This document shows, one piece after another, positions 40,901-49,640 of a stretch of 64,000 bases of DNA (position 1 is its first letter; the number at the start of each line of letters is the position of its first letter). A program made the position numbers and the translations under genes. The stretch comes from an uncultured bacterium. Its GTDB lineage: Bacteria; Margulisbacteria; WOR-1; CAVSGV01. The stretch covers positions 6,070-70,069 of the forward strand of contig OY969425.1 of the NCBI GenBank assembly GCA_963699255.1, read 5' to 3'. The notes under the pieces are model-generated. The model saw nothing but the letters and a program-made list of their open reading frames with translations. It was not told the origin of the DNA and searched no databases.

Positions 40901-43685
40901 TCAATACAATACAGCCGATACGAACCCGAATTGCCAGCTTACCAATCTTTCTCCAACCGTGACCTATCAGGTAAGGGTGATATCGGAGATAGGCGCGCTG
41001 CAAAGCTTCCCGTCCAATCCGCCGGATACTTTCTACACTCTGGAAAGGCCATGGGTGGACACCTATAAGCCTGACTCAACCCAGATATATGTTACCTGGG
41101 GGCCGGAGGTCAATACATCAGAAGTAGCTGTTCCGCTCGCGGACCATTATCTCCTGCAATACAGCCAGAACGGCGGAACATCATGGACGACTTATTCGGC
41201 CAAGATCCTGGATAACACCGTTCACGATGACGCGACCAACCTGAATTTGAACATATTATTGAGCGGCCTGATCACAAATTCAACATATGAGGTCCAGATG
41301 AGGACCGTTGACAGCACGGGCGGGTTGAGCGACTGGTCGGCCATCAAGACGTTCCACACGATAAGAGCGCCCTGGTGGATAGACGCGACCATTACGGGAG
41401 CCGACTCTGCCAACATATTCTGGGACAATGTGTCAGCTCCGCAGTATGAACTCAGGTACAGCCATAATCCTTCAGCTGAAGGTGCAGGCATGACCGTTGT
41501 TACTACTACGGATGCAAAGTGCGCTGTCGCCGGCCTAGATGTCAATTCCACGTATTATGCGAAGGTCAGGGCGCTGACAGTCGCCGGCGCGAGCGACTGG
41601 TCGCCCATAAAGATGTTCGGTACGTTGCCCGGACCGACCTGGATATCTAATTATTTGACAACGACCACCTCGACCTCGTTCACCTGGGAGGGGGTTGCCG
41701 GGACTTATGAGGTGAGCTACGGGACAAATACGGATGCTTCAGGCACCCTTATTTATCCGTTCATGCCGACCGATCCTTTTATCACAGGTATTACCGGGCT
41801 GACGCCGAAGACATGGTATCACGCGAAAGTGAGGGCTTATTCCAGCGGGAGCGTAAGCTCATGGTCGCCGATAGATGACTTTTTCACTATACCCGCTCCG
41901 AACAATGTTGCCTGGACAGGGTCCACTATAACCACAGCATCCATAACATGGGAGCCGGTGGACCTGGGCGGGACGCCGTGCACCTCTTATGAGGTAAGCT
42001 GGAGCCTGACGCCCGAGGTTACGGGAAGCGTCAGTATTATGACCAAAGAGGTTTACTCGACCATATCCGGCTTAACGACAGGTTCGACTTATTATGTGAA
42101 AGTCAGGGCGCGTGACGACGCCGACAGCGGATACAGCAGCTGGGCGCCGTATCCTCCTCTTACTATCGTGGCGACGGATCAAGCTACGATAAACGATGTG
42201 AACGCGGGTTATGGCGTTACAGGCGGCTGGAGAGGCACAACGGTCATGATCGAAGGGATGAATTTCGGTTCAACTATGGGGACCGTTTCATTTGGATCAA
42301 CGGTCGCGCAGCCCGGTTACTGGAAGAACAATGAAATAGCCGTGTCCGTGCCGCCGACCGCGGTTTCAGGACCTAATGCCATAACGGTCGTGACCAATGC
42401 CGGGGTCACCGCGACGAGCGTCCCGTCAACATTTTTCTTTACCGTGACCGACGGCGGGGTTGTTCTTGATGACTTTGAAGGCGGCGCGTGGCAGTTCTCC
42501 ACCTGCGAGGTCGGACCTCTGAACTCCGTGAGCGCAGTGAAGAACTACACCAACCCGCAGGAGAGGAACACTTATTTGACGGTTGAATGCAACGGGACCG
42601 CGGCTTATGAAATAGTGGGCGGGGTTACCCCGTACGGCGACCAGCCTACCGAGAATGGCATCGACATAAGTTCATGCAAGCAGATAAAGCTCTGGTTCAA
42701 AGGCGACGGCTCCACGAATATCGCCACATTCGAGCTGGGCGAAAGCAATATGGCGCCCGGAAACAATCCGACGAACCCGAATGCCGCGGAAATATGGGCA
42801 TATAATGTTCCGATCTCCATGTCTAATACGAACTGGCAGCAGATAACCATAAACCTGACCACTGAAGGGGCGGGCAGTTTCGCGGTTACCAACTACTGGC
42901 CCGGAGACGGCGTTCTTGAACTTAACATGATAAAGAGCTACCAGATACTTACGAGCGGCGGGAACCCGAAATCATACGCTGTAGATTATATTTTCGCGAC
43001 GACGGAAGCAGGCGGAGGCCCTGGGACAGTTAGCTATAATCTTCAGAATAATGCATCAGGGAACGTCAACTGGGTCGCATTTCCTTATACCGGTTCCGGA
43101 TATAACACGACGACTGATCTGGCTGCGGCGATAGGCAACACGATACCTATTGGTTCTCGTACCGCCTGGGTGGATGTTGTGGAAGTGAACGTATGGGATG
43201 CCACCGCCCAGTCTCAAACGACATATCAATCATGGTGGGATGGGACCATCTGGAATGATCTGGGCAGCAACGCGAATCTGGTAGTTGGAGATATGTATAC
43301 GGTTACGGTCCCAAGCAGCGCTAATGGGAATGCTTTCTCGATCAATGGGAACACGCCTGCAAGCGGTTCTGTTTCATTTACTCTTCAGAATAATGCATCC
43401 GGAAATGTCAACTGGATGACGATACCTGCGTATTTATCGGGGATCGTGACAACGACCGATCTGGCAACATCAATAGGCAATAAGATACCGATAGGTTCTC
43501 GCACCGCATGGGTGGATGTTGTGGAAGTGAACGTATGGGATCCCGTCGCTCAGTCTCAAACGACATATCAATCATGGTGGGATGGGACCATCTGGAATGA
43601 TCTGGGCAGCAATACGGCCGTGGTTACACCAGGCGCGTATAAAGTAACAGTTCCATCGTCAGCAAATGGCCTTGTTTGGCCATAA
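34971..43685 (+). CDS. giant cell-surface protein with ~20 fibronectin-III-like modules and a duplicated C-terminal domain (2904 aa as called; ~3045 aa if joined to 34547)
   Basis: ~100-aa modules of the form PWVSHAKVTS.EAYILWGP…Y.YQY…LS.LTASTTYEVQMRA…SDWSAT.EVYTLE recur about 20 times. The C-terminal ~110-aa unit NVNW.A.P…IGSRTAWVDVVEVNVWD…TTYQSWWDGTIWNDLGSN occurs twice. Confidence 0.8.
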   Translation: MANYDDSFAGAGRRVYILDVSNPSAMTVAGSFQVAASDSTVNLWGIAIKPDGTRLYVGDRYNYYGYYKVCVYNIAGANRTSPQHVTDINLGTTKNPTYLAVNTDGNRLFVKVDETADPGDGARKDVEMYDISGPTPVLMAEVYKITGNNYRSYLPGDHLPTGNDLDTRNGSEGMALSPNGWFMYFSNFNGPSGDGSLYYRDTLYGSSIANLTNGFDRTNPGDIWVSWGGCTQESPAIWSGWHSSDGIIATRNNKVYFTYSDVSVTPEYLSVPTTTDANIPPTAPKITYPLPQATNVSGFITWEPSLDDGIGPHGLTYTVETIEASTLEGGTTAWNHMAYTATGEVYTPLIGVKPGGTYYARVQAFDGTYTSPWSYTGPFTMDANFLLPPTWESSYLITSREAVIDWASVAAADSYIIQYRITGEATWHSTSAIASTYRYNSTDPNPNYRLTNLTPSATYEVNLIAVRSGVKSVPSSKPYVSFYTLEEPWVSHARVTSTEAYILWGPEVSTLELNVPNAVNYECWYRIQNAPVDWTRVTWPSGKQDSTTMTVLNAKLSGLTASTTYEVRMRTVDAYGGRSLWSPIHDVYTMERPWVSHAKVTSTEAYILWGPEESTSFNIPNAASYQYQYMKKTDTSWTTGPEPLSKRDDGTMPVLNFKLSNLTASTTYEVQMRALDVYGRTSDWSATDEVYTLESPWVSHAKTSTNESYILWGSSTSFEVRNATTYEARARITSSASWDAVPIKGVPRYNRDDGTMSPTLNIKLSSLLGFTPIVNTTYEVRMRARNAGGASDWSATNEVYVLGTPWVSAAKVTSKEAYILWGPVGETGLDVTGATSYQCWYRVQNAPVDWTKVTWPVGKQDDRTMATLNAKLSGLTASTTYEVQMRAVGSGGYSDWSPIYDVFTFERPWVNHANVKATEAYILWGPEESASLNIPNAASYVYQYRKPADTSWTSGPEPLSKQDDGTMPVLNFKLTGLTALTTYEVQMKALDSIGRSSDWSATNEVFTLECPWVSHAKTSTNEAYILWGSTTSFEVINATTYEAKARIASSASWASIPSIGVPRYNRDDATMSPTLNIKLSKLLGYAPTTGVTYEVIMRADGPGGYSDWSATHEVFMLESPWVGHAKVATNEAIILWGATTSFEVQGATSYQAMACAKNGAWQPIVSVPNFNIDDGTISPTATSMFNIKLSKLLGSAPTLNTTYEVMMRAVGSAGYSDWSATHEVYILGAPWVSHANVTATQEYVLWGPIGQSGLNVTGAVSYEYQYKRKIDTSWIGGSEPLSKRDNILMSCLNFRLTGLTASTTYDVQVRSVGTYGRSDWSATDEVYTLESPWVSYANITTNEASILWGSTSSFEVINAATYEAKARIQGGASWDTISSIGVPRYNRDDPTMAPTLNIKLSKLLGIAPTSGVTYEVIMRADNAGGVSDWSATAEVFMIGTPWVSHAKVSSKEAYVLWGPIGQSGLDVTGASSYECRYRIKGAQVPWTTKIEPLGKQDDPTMPVLNFELSNLTPSTTYQIQMRADGTGGNSGWSATDEVYTLETPWVNHANVKKTEAYIIWGSISGGLDVPNAAYYKYQYKKLSSAVWMSGTQPLGMKDDPSMAVLNFRLAGLTASTSYEVQMKAVDALGGESDWSAIDYFITIQGPWWIDVSHVTGTSALISWDNTAPGVTQYDLRYSTAPSAELGTAVLTTDAQLAVTGLSTNTQYYAKVRAITAAGPSSWTSVAPFFTNPVVGPSWIAAFNTTTTATMVTWEGVSGATSYEVNYGINTMPMVWTSWAPSPQDQNYGGPITGLNPRTWYNLRVKLHSGASASEWSPTALFYTIPAPTGVTQIGSTVTTATITWEPVDMGGGTPAPAYEISWGVDATASGSGDAVTGNINYTMTGLTTGLTYYVTVRARESSNPSDGYSDWSPYPALQVVASGTMGPVAPAWSSHYLVTSNEAVVNWGSVALADHYIVQYKKLTDATWASVEVLSTYQYNTADTNPNCQLTNLSPTVTYQVRVISEIGALQSFPSNPPDTFYTLERPWVDTYKPDSTQIYVTWGPEVNTSEVAVPLADHYLLQYSQNGGTSWTTYSAKILDNTVHDDATNLNLNILLSGLITNSTYEVQMRTVDSTGGLSDWSAIKTFHTIRAPWWIDATITGADSANIFWDNVSAPQYELRYSHNPSAEGAGMTVVTTTDAKCAVAGLDVNSTYYAKVRALTVAGASDWSPIKMFGTLPGPTWISNYLTTTTSTSFTWEGVAGTYEVSYGTNTDASGTLIYPFMPTDPFITGITGLTPKTWYHAKVRAYSSGSVSSWSPIDDFFTIPAPNNVAWTGSTITTASITWEPVDLGGTPCTSYEVSWSLTPEVTGSVSIMTKEVYSTISGLTTGSTYYVKVRARDDADSGYSSWAPYPPLTIVATDQATINDVNAGYGVTGGWRGTTVMIEGMNFGSTMGTVSFGSTVAQPGYWKNNEIAVSVPPTAVSGPNAITVVTNAGVTATSVPSTFFFTVTDGGVVLDDFEGGAWQFSTCEVGPLNSVSAVKNYTNPQERNTYLTVECNGTAAYEIVGGVTPYGDQPTENGIDISSCKQIKLWFKGDGSTNIATFELGESNMAPGNNPTNPNAAEIWAYNVPISMSNTNWQQITINLTTEGAGSFAVTNYWPGDGVLELNMIKSYQILTSGGNPKSYAVDYIFATTEAGGGPGTVSYNLQNNASGNVNWVAFPYTGSGYNTTTDLAAAIGNTIPIGSRTAWVDVVEVNVWDATAQSQTTYQSWWDGTIWNDLGSNANLVVGDMYTVTVPSSANGNAFSINGNTPASGSVSFTLQNNASGNVNWMTIPAYLSGIVTTTDLATSIGNKIPIGSRTAWVDVVEVNVWDPVAQSQTTYQSWWDGTIWNDLGSNTAVVTPGAYKVTVPSSANGLVWP
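36420..39900 (+). repeat. tandem array of ~300-bp FN3-module coding repeats
   Basis: Recurring ccgtgggtgagccacgcc / catatgaggtccagatgag strings. Several copies are more than 85% identical at DNA level, so assembly collapse is possible. Confidence 0.7.
43038..43680 (+). repeat. ~340-bp tandem duplication encoding the C-terminal domain of the giant protein
   Basis: cttcagaataatgcatc…gtcaactgg…ggttctcg(t/c)accgc(c/a)tgggtggatgttgtggaagtgaacgtatgggat occurs at ~43041 and ~43382. Confidence 0.75.
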
Positions 43686-43710
43686 TTTTATAAACGGGAG
43701 GAAGATTTTT

Positions 43711-46110
43711 ATGATAAAAATGAATTTAAATAGAGGAGGGAAGATAGGGCTGCTGATGCTTATGGTGGCGGCAGTTCTGTGCGTAACCGCCAGTGCGTCA
43801 TTTGCGGTCACGGATCAGACCTGGCTTAAAACCGCTGCCGGGGGGCAGGTTGCTGCGGCCGGGAATTGCCGTTTTATAGCCGTTGCAAAAGGCGATGACA
43901 GCTACATCATGACAGAGGACGACGGCGGCGCGAGTTATGCCGACTCGAACGGTGCATATATGGCAGCTGGAACTACAGGATTTGCCAAAACGGACAGCAC
44001 TCACTGGTCGACAGGATGGATCGTTGCAACGGATACTTACGCTATATGGGTTTCTTCGATCGCGGACGGTCAGACCGGCACTGCTTCAGGCACGATCGGC
44101 ACCACTTCACCGAATTACACTACTCCGGGGACCAACGCATCCCAGCTGTCTCTGGCAACGACCAGTTATATGGCCGCGCCGGGGAACTTTAAAGCATATG
44201 CCGGGGACAAAGTTGCATTATTGAAATGGGATGCGGTGACAGGCGCAACAAAGTACAGGATATTCAAGGGACCGGTAACCGGCAATTCCAACAGTCTGTA
44301 TTCAAAAGTGGGAACAACAACCGGTCTTTGTTATGAAGATACTTCCTTAACGGATGGAACGGCCTATTATTATATAGTTGTGCCTATGAACGGCAGCAAT
44401 TGGTACGGTGTTCATGCCAATCAGTTATCGGTGACACCAAGCGCAACAGGCGCGCCGACCATATCATTGAACCCCACGACCGGTATCGTAGGCTCATCGG
44501 TCACGATAACCGGCACAAATTTTGGGGCCGCACAGGGGACCGGGTTCGTTGAGTTCAATGGAGTGGTGGCTACGGTAACTTCATGGAGCGCTACTTCAGT
44601 GGTTGTAACAGTTCCGACCGGCGCGACAACGGGCCTTGTTTGTTTAGTTAACTCATCCAATGCCGCAAGCAATGGCGTCACTTTTACGGTTTCCACGCCC
44701 GGCACTCCTTCATTTACCAGTATTACTCCCTCAAGCGGATATAAGGGCGACACGCTCACAAGCGTTGCTATAGTGGGTGCGAATACGAACTTTGTTAATG
44801 GAACGACCACGGTGAGCATTAGCGGGAGCAATGTGACCGTAAGCAATGTTACCGTGACCAACTCCACACATTTAACCTGTGATATCGCCATAGCTGCCGG
44901 GGCAGCCGCGGGAGCAAGGGATGTTGTTGTTACGACCGGCAGCGAAGTCGTTACCGGGACAGGATCTTTCACGGTCAAAGCACCTGTATTCACGAGCATT
45001 TCTCCGGCCAGTGAAGCGGAGGGGACGACTACCAGCGTGACCATAGTTGGAACAGGAACGCACTTTACCGGAACGCCTACTGTGACCTTTAGCGGGACCG
45101 GCGTTACCGCCAGCGGCATTTCTGTAACCGATGCCACGCATTTAACATGTAATGCCGTCATCGTGGCCGTCACGGCATTGACAGCAAGGGATGTCACCGT
45201 AACGACCGGCAGTGAAACCGTTACCGGTACCGGCGTATTCACGGTCACTTCCGGAGCGCCGACCGTTACCAGCGTTTCTCCGTCAAGCGGGGCGTCGCCG
45301 GCTACGGGAATAACGATATCAGGAACGAATTTCAACGGCGTAACAGGTATAGTTATCGGCTCTACCGCGATAACCACATACACCGTTTCAAGCGCAACAT
45401 CCATAACCGGCGTTTCCATCCCTTCCGGATTGGCTGCCGGAGCATATGATATAAAGGTCACGAACGCGTCAGGGACGAGCTCAGTTGTGGCAGGGGATAA
45501 ATATACGGTAACACCCGGAGTGCCCACCGTTACGAGCGTTTCTCCGTCAAGCGGAGCGTCGCCGAATACGGGAATAACGATATCAGGAACGAATTTCAGC
45601 GGCGTAACAGGTATAGTTATCGGTTCTACCGCTATAACCACATACACCGTTTCAAGCGCAACATCCATAACCGGCGTTTCCATCCCCTCCGGACTGGCTG
45701 CCGGTATATATGATATACAGGTGACGAACTCGTCAGGTCAGAGCTCGATCACGGCAGGGGATAAATATACGGTTATCGCCGGCGGCGGCGGCAATGGCTC
45801 GGGCATATATGAAGGAGCCGGCGGAGTAATGATGGCTTATCCGAACCCGTTCAATCCGCTGGACAAGGCCAATCCGCTCAAGATGCTATTTAACGTGGCT
45901 ACCGGAGAAGCGGTTGATATTTACATCTTTGACACGAACGGAAGGGTGATCTACCAGGACAGGAACAGCGCGATCAATGCGGACAGAACGGTTACTTGGT
46001 CCGGAGACACAGCATATGGCGAAACAGTGGATAACGGGCTCTACCTTATAAGGGTCGTAAACAACGGAAAACTGGTCGCAAAGGGCAAGATCCTGGTAAT
46101 AAAGAATTGA
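43711..46110 (+). CDS. secreted IPT/TIG-repeat surface protein with a T9SS-type (Por_Secre_tail-like) C-terminal sorting domain (~800 aa)
   Basis: GGGAGGAAG RBS then MIKMNLNRGGKIGLLMLMVAAVLCVTASASFA signal peptide. Repeated ...SGTNF.GV…TYTV.S… Ig-like units. C-terminus reads VDIYIFDTNGRVIYQD…NGLYLIRVVNNGKLVAKGKILVIKN. Confidence 0.75.
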   Translation: MIKMNLNRGGKIGLLMLMVAAVLCVTASASFAVTDQTWLKTAAGGQVAAAGNCRFIAVAKGDDSYIMTEDDGGASYADSNGAYMAAGTTGFAKTDSTHWSTGWIVATDTYAIWVSSIADGQTGTASGTIGTTSPNYTTPGTNASQLSLATTSYMAAPGNFKAYAGDKVALLKWDAVTGATKYRIFKGPVTGNSNSLYSKVGTTTGLCYEDTSLTDGTAYYYIVVPMNGSNWYGVHANQLSVTPSATGAPTISLNPTTGIVGSSVTITGTNFGAAQGTGFVEFNGVVATVTSWSATSVVVTVPTGATTGLVCLVNSSNAASNGVTFTVSTPGTPSFTSITPSSGYKGDTLTSVAIVGANTNFVNGTTTVSISGSNVTVSNVTVTNSTHLTCDIAIAAGAAAGARDVVVTTGSEVVTGTGSFTVKAPVFTSISPASEAEGTTTSVTIVGTGTHFTGTPTVTFSGTGVTASGISVTDATHLTCNAVIVAVTALTARDVTVTTGSETVTGTGVFTVTSGAPTVTSVSPSSGASPATGITISGTNFNGVTGIVIGSTAITTYTVSSATSITGVSIPSGLAAGAYDIKVTNASGTSSVVAGDKYTVTPGVPTVTSVSPSSGASPNTGITISGTNFSGVTGIVIGSTAITTYTVSSATSITGVSIPSGLAAGIYDIQVTNSSGQSSITAGDKYTVIAGGGGNGSGIYEGAGGVMMAYPNPFNPLDKANPLKMLFNVATGEAVDIYIFDTNGRVIYQDRNSAINADRTVTWSGDTAYGETVDNGLYLIRVVNNGKLVAKGKILVIKN
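45241..45780 (+). repeat. two near-identical ~277-bp units encoding TIG domains
   Basis: ccgttac(c/g)agcgtttctccgtcaagcgg(g/a)gcgtcgcc…ataacgatatcaggaacgaatttc occurs at 45250 and 45527. Confidence 0.75.
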
Positions 46111-46423
46111 AGCCTTTTAAACCCTCCGTCAATAACTGACCCAGGGAAATTTCATTCGGACGTCCCGACGCTATAGTCGGGGCAAATGAACAGCCATGAT
46201 ACTAAAAGTTTGTCAACATTTTAATGGTTTTTCCCGTCCAATCTGTGGGGCTTCCGCTATTCTTTCATGTGATCGAACATCTCGAACGCGCGATATTTAC
46301 ATGTACATATATATACATAACAGACTTGATATCAGGATCGCGGGCTCTGGAAGCGCGAAAAGAATTTGATGGAAAATCGTCCGCCGGAGGCGGGCGGTAC
46401 CTTACCGGTAATTTTGGTGAAAA

Positions 46424-46456
46424 GTGAAATTTATCCAGCGATCGGTCGATAATAAT
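46424..46456 (+). promoter_or_regulatory. recurrent promoter-like motif, distal copy
   Basis: gtgaaatttatccagcgatcggtcgataataat. Confidence 0.35.
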
Positions 46457-46502
46457 AAGAGAGGAACTGACAGGATTGATCGGTCAGGGAAATTAAAGAA
46501 GA

Positions 46503-46538
46503 AGTGAAATTTAAAGTGGATTTTAACGATATATATAT
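46503..46538 (+). promoter_or_regulatory. recurrent promoter-like motif, proximal copy
   Basis: gtgaaatttaaagtggattttaacgatatatatata, 57 nt upstream of the 46595 start. Confidence 0.4.
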
Positions 46539-46594
46539 AGAGGGAAAGGATATAAGAGGATCAATATATCAGGCGATCAGGGGGAGAAATTCAA

Positions 46595-49183
46595 ATGCTT
46601 GGTAAAAGAAAATATTGTTTAATATTCGCGCTGTGCCTCGCGGCATGCCTCATGAGCTTTACCCCGGCTTTTTCCCTTACAGCCGACCCGATGGATCTCT
46701 CGGTGGGAGCAAGGTCAATGGGAATGGGCAACGCCTATGTCGCTCTCGGGGAGGATGCGGAGACCGTATTTGTTAACCCTGCGGGACTCGGGACCATATC
46801 CTCGCTAAAGCTCGGGAGCATGTACACGAGCCTTCTTGATGATGTGAATTATACGGTGATATCCGGCGTATACCCGATGGACAGTAATTCAGGCACGATA
46901 GGAGCCGGCATCATAAACCAGTCCGTATCCAGCATTCCTCTTTACAGCACCGAAGGGACGCCCGAAGGCAACGGCACGTACGGGGACAATGTCTTTTTTA
47001 TCTCTCACGGATTCGACCTGAGCAAAAAAGGGATTGCTGCAAATAACCTCTACGGTGGATATACATTAAAATATTTCATGAAGAGCGCGAGCGGCCAGGA
47101 TACCTCGGACATGACAGGCACCGGTTTTGCCGCGGATCTCGGGCTGTTATATAAACCAACAGGATCCATATCATATGGCTTGACCCTGCAGAACATACTT
47201 GCGGGCACAATGAACTATGCCAACGGGGATGAAGATGACATCGACTCCGCCATGAAGATCGGCACCAATATAAATCTCCTCGGCGACGCGCAGGGCGGAG
47301 ACGCTATTTATCAGAACGATTCAAAGGTGAATATGGCCCTTGAATATGACATAGGCCTCAGAGGGAAAGTCCCGGCCACGGCACACGTGGGATTTGAATA
47401 TAAACCCCAGCTGGGCGTTAACTTTATAGATAAGATATTAACTCTCAGGGCAGGCTTGAACCAGATCTCCAGCCCGACAGGTAACATAAGCGATGCCACA
47501 ATCGGCGTTGGCATAAATGTCCAGGGCGTGGAATTCAACTATGCCTACAGCCCGATGTACGAAGACATTCCGGGAACATCGACCCAGTACTTCTCTCTGT
47601 CATATGTGGGCGTGCCTGCGCCGGTTAAACCGATAGAAGAAATGAAGCCTCTGATCTCGCAGGCGCCTATGCCCATGATCTCCATGGTAACGCCCGATGA
47701 CAAACTCGTAACGAGCGCGTCAACGATCCTTGTCCAGGGCAGGGTATCGGTCCCCGCGAAGCTGGCAAAGCTGGAGATCAATAATGCGGGAGTGAACGTT
47801 TCCGATATAGGCGCGTTCGAGATGAACGTTCCGCTTTCTTCGACAGGCAAGCACCTGATAGTCGTCCGCGCGACGGATACAGCGGGAAAGACCGAGGAGC
47901 GCCAGATAAGAGTGGTAAGAATGTCGCAATTCACGGATGTTCCAAATAATCACTGGGCGGTAACCCCGATACAACAGCTTGCCACGGCAGGCCTGATAGA
48001 AGGGTATCCGACCGGGGCATTCCAGCCGGAAAGGGCGCTGTCCAGAGCGGAGCTTGCCACTCTTCTTGTGAAGAGCAAGGGCATAGAATCAGCTCAAGCT
48101 ACTGGAAGGATATTTAAAGATGTGCCTCCTTCCCACTGGGCGGCAAAATATGTGAAAGACGCGGTCGCAATGGGGCTTGTTACGGGGTACCCGGACAGGA
48201 CATTCAAGCCGAACAATAAGATAAGCAGAATGGAAGGCGTGGCGGTCCTCGCAAGGTTCGGCGAACTTCAGCAGGCCGGGCTTACAGCGAACCCGTATCC
48301 GGATGTGTCTGCCAGGTCCTGGGCGTCTCCTTTCATAGCCGCCGCAAAGACAGCCGGATTGCTTGATTATATCGGCAACAATAACTTTGAGCCCAGGAGA
48401 ACTCTTACAAGGGCTGAGGCAGCTGAGATGCTCGCAAAGACCACTTATGTCAAGGCAAAACTGGACAATCTTATGGACTGGACGGTCGGCTTTGCGCCTG
48501 AAACCGGAAAAGCGGTCGTGGCCGCAGCACCCGCTACGGTTACGGGACAAACCGCCAATGTAGTTGGATTGCCCGTGCCCGGCATGGGGACAATGGTAAC
48601 GCCGGGAACCGAGTTTTCCGATATACCGGATGATTTCTGGGCAAGTAACTCGGTCAAGTACATTGCCGCTGCAGGCGTCATGAAAGGGTATCCTGACGGT
48701 ACATTCAAGCCGAATAAGATCGTGAGCAGGGCGGATCTCGCTTCAATACTCGTAAAAGCAAGAAGGATCCCGGTCAATAAAGTTGCCGTGACGCAGTATT
48801 CGGATGTTTCAAGGCAGAACGTGGCGGCGCCGTACATAAAGGCCGCGGTCGTTTCCGGATATTTAACGGGAAGAAAAGGCAGCAAGTTCGAGCCGAACAA
48901 AGGGGCGTCAAGGGCCGAAGCCGTCGCCGCGCTGGTAAAGTTCGACAAAATGGAAGTGCCGACAGGACTTCGCGAGGGGCCATTCTCGGACATGAAAGCT
49001 AAAGACTGGTCATCAAAGTACGTCGCCGCAGCGAAAGATGCCGGAATGCTGGAGTTCCTGCAAGGGGATAACTTTGAAGCGAACAAGCCCATAACCAGGG
49101 CGGAGCTTGCGGAGATGATCGCAAAGACAAGTTTCGGACAGGCGAAGATAGATCAAGTGAAATCTGCCGGCATATCTCAATAA
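46595..49183 (+). CDS. outer-membrane protein with an N-terminal PorV/FadL-like beta-barrel region and ~6 C-terminal SLH domains (862 aa)
   Basis: Signal peptide MLGKRKYCLIFALCLAACLMSFTPAFS. The N-terminal region has DLSVGARSMGMGNAYVALGEDAETVFVNPAGLG, a PorV/PorP/FadL-like signature. Repeated SLH motifs follow, of the form FTDVP..HWA…I…A.GL..GYPDGTF.P…SRAE.A.LL. Confidence 0.8.
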   Translation: MLGKRKYCLIFALCLAACLMSFTPAFSLTADPMDLSVGARSMGMGNAYVALGEDAETVFVNPAGLGTISSLKLGSMYTSLLDDVNYTVISGVYPMDSNSGTIGAGIINQSVSSIPLYSTEGTPEGNGTYGDNVFFISHGFDLSKKGIAANNLYGGYTLKYFMKSASGQDTSDMTGTGFAADLGLLYKPTGSISYGLTLQNILAGTMNYANGDEDDIDSAMKIGTNINLLGDAQGGDAIYQNDSKVNMALEYDIGLRGKVPATAHVGFEYKPQLGVNFIDKILTLRAGLNQISSPTGNISDATIGVGINVQGVEFNYAYSPMYEDIPGTSTQYFSLSYVGVPAPVKPIEEMKPLISQAPMPMISMVTPDDKLVTSASTILVQGRVSVPAKLAKLEINNAGVNVSDIGAFEMNVPLSSTGKHLIVVRATDTAGKTEERQIRVVRMSQFTDVPNNHWAVTPIQQLATAGLIEGYPTGAFQPERALSRAELATLLVKSKGIESAQATGRIFKDVPPSHWAAKYVKDAVAMGLVTGYPDRTFKPNNKISRMEGVAVLARFGELQQAGLTANPYPDVSARSWASPFIAAAKTAGLLDYIGNNNFEPRRTLTRAEAAEMLAKTTYVKAKLDNLMDWTVGFAPETGKAVVAAAPATVTGQTANVVGLPVPGMGTMVTPGTEFSDIPDDFWASNSVKYIAAAGVMKGYPDGTFKPNKIVSRADLASILVKARRIPVNKVAVTQYSDVSRQNVAAPYIKAAVVSGYLTGRKGSKFEPNKGASRAEAVAALVKFDKMEVPTGLREGPFSDMKAKDWSSKYVAAAKDAGMLEFLQGDNFEANKPITRAELAEMIAKTSFGQAKIDQVKSAGISQ

Positions 49184-49299
49184 AAGAATAAGCCCTAAAT
49201 CCTAAGCACTAAACCCTAAACAATCCCAAGATCAGAAGATCGAAATTCCGCTTGACAAAATATACCCAATACCTGTATGGTGTATCATAGCGTATAAAT

Positions 49300-49560
49300 A
49301 TGGCTAATACAGGCAGGGAAGAAATAATAAATCGGCTTAACCGCATAAAAGGGCAGGTGGAGGGGATACTGCGCATGGTGGACCGTCCGAAGCCCGCGGT
49401 AGAGATATTCCATCAGATCACGGCGGCCAGGAAGGCCCTTGATTCAACGGGGAGACTGCTGCTGGAGAATTATATCCAGGAAAATTTAAGCGGTGTATCA
49501 AGGTCAAAAGGGGATAGCGATAAGATCAGGGAAATACTCGAAATAATGGAGAAGTTCTAA
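49300..49560 (+). CDS. CsoR/RcnR-family metal-sensing transcriptional repressor
   Basis: Contains the CsoR-family (DUF156) pattern LNRIKGQVEGILRMVDRPKPAVEIFHQITAARKALDSTGRLLLENY. Confidence 0.8.
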   Translation: MANTGREEIINRLNRIKGQVEGILRMVDRPKPAVEIFHQITAARKALDSTGRLLLENYIQENLSGVSRSKGDSDKIREILEIMEKF

Positions 49561-49592
49561 TGGGGCAATTAAAAATGAACAATTTCTCAATT

Positions 49593-49640
49593 AACAACAA
49601 GGTGTCGCTTTCGCGACATAATATATTATTCTTTGTTGTT
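49593..49640 (+). terminator. hairpin plus T-rich tract after csoR
   Basis: aacaacaaggtGTCGCtttcGCGACataatatattattctttgttgtt. Inner stem is 5 bp, outer AACAACAA/TTGTTGTT. Confidence 0.4.

Noticed and set aside
44421-45683. 420-aa ORF on the - strand
   Set aside because: It is entirely antisense to the strongly supported IPT/TIG gene and sits in a GC/Thr-Val-rich repeat region. Its composition (MET PVMDVALETVYVV…) is typical of mirror-frame artefacts.
48445-49092. 215-aa ORF on the - strand, plus 48089..48550 (-)
   Set aside because: Antisense to the SLH-domain gene, whose SLH repeats are unambiguous.
49185-49240. Two copies of CCCTAAA (plant-telomere-like heptamer) after the SLH gene
   Set aside because: Only two dispersed copies in an AT-rich intergenic stretch, most likely chance.
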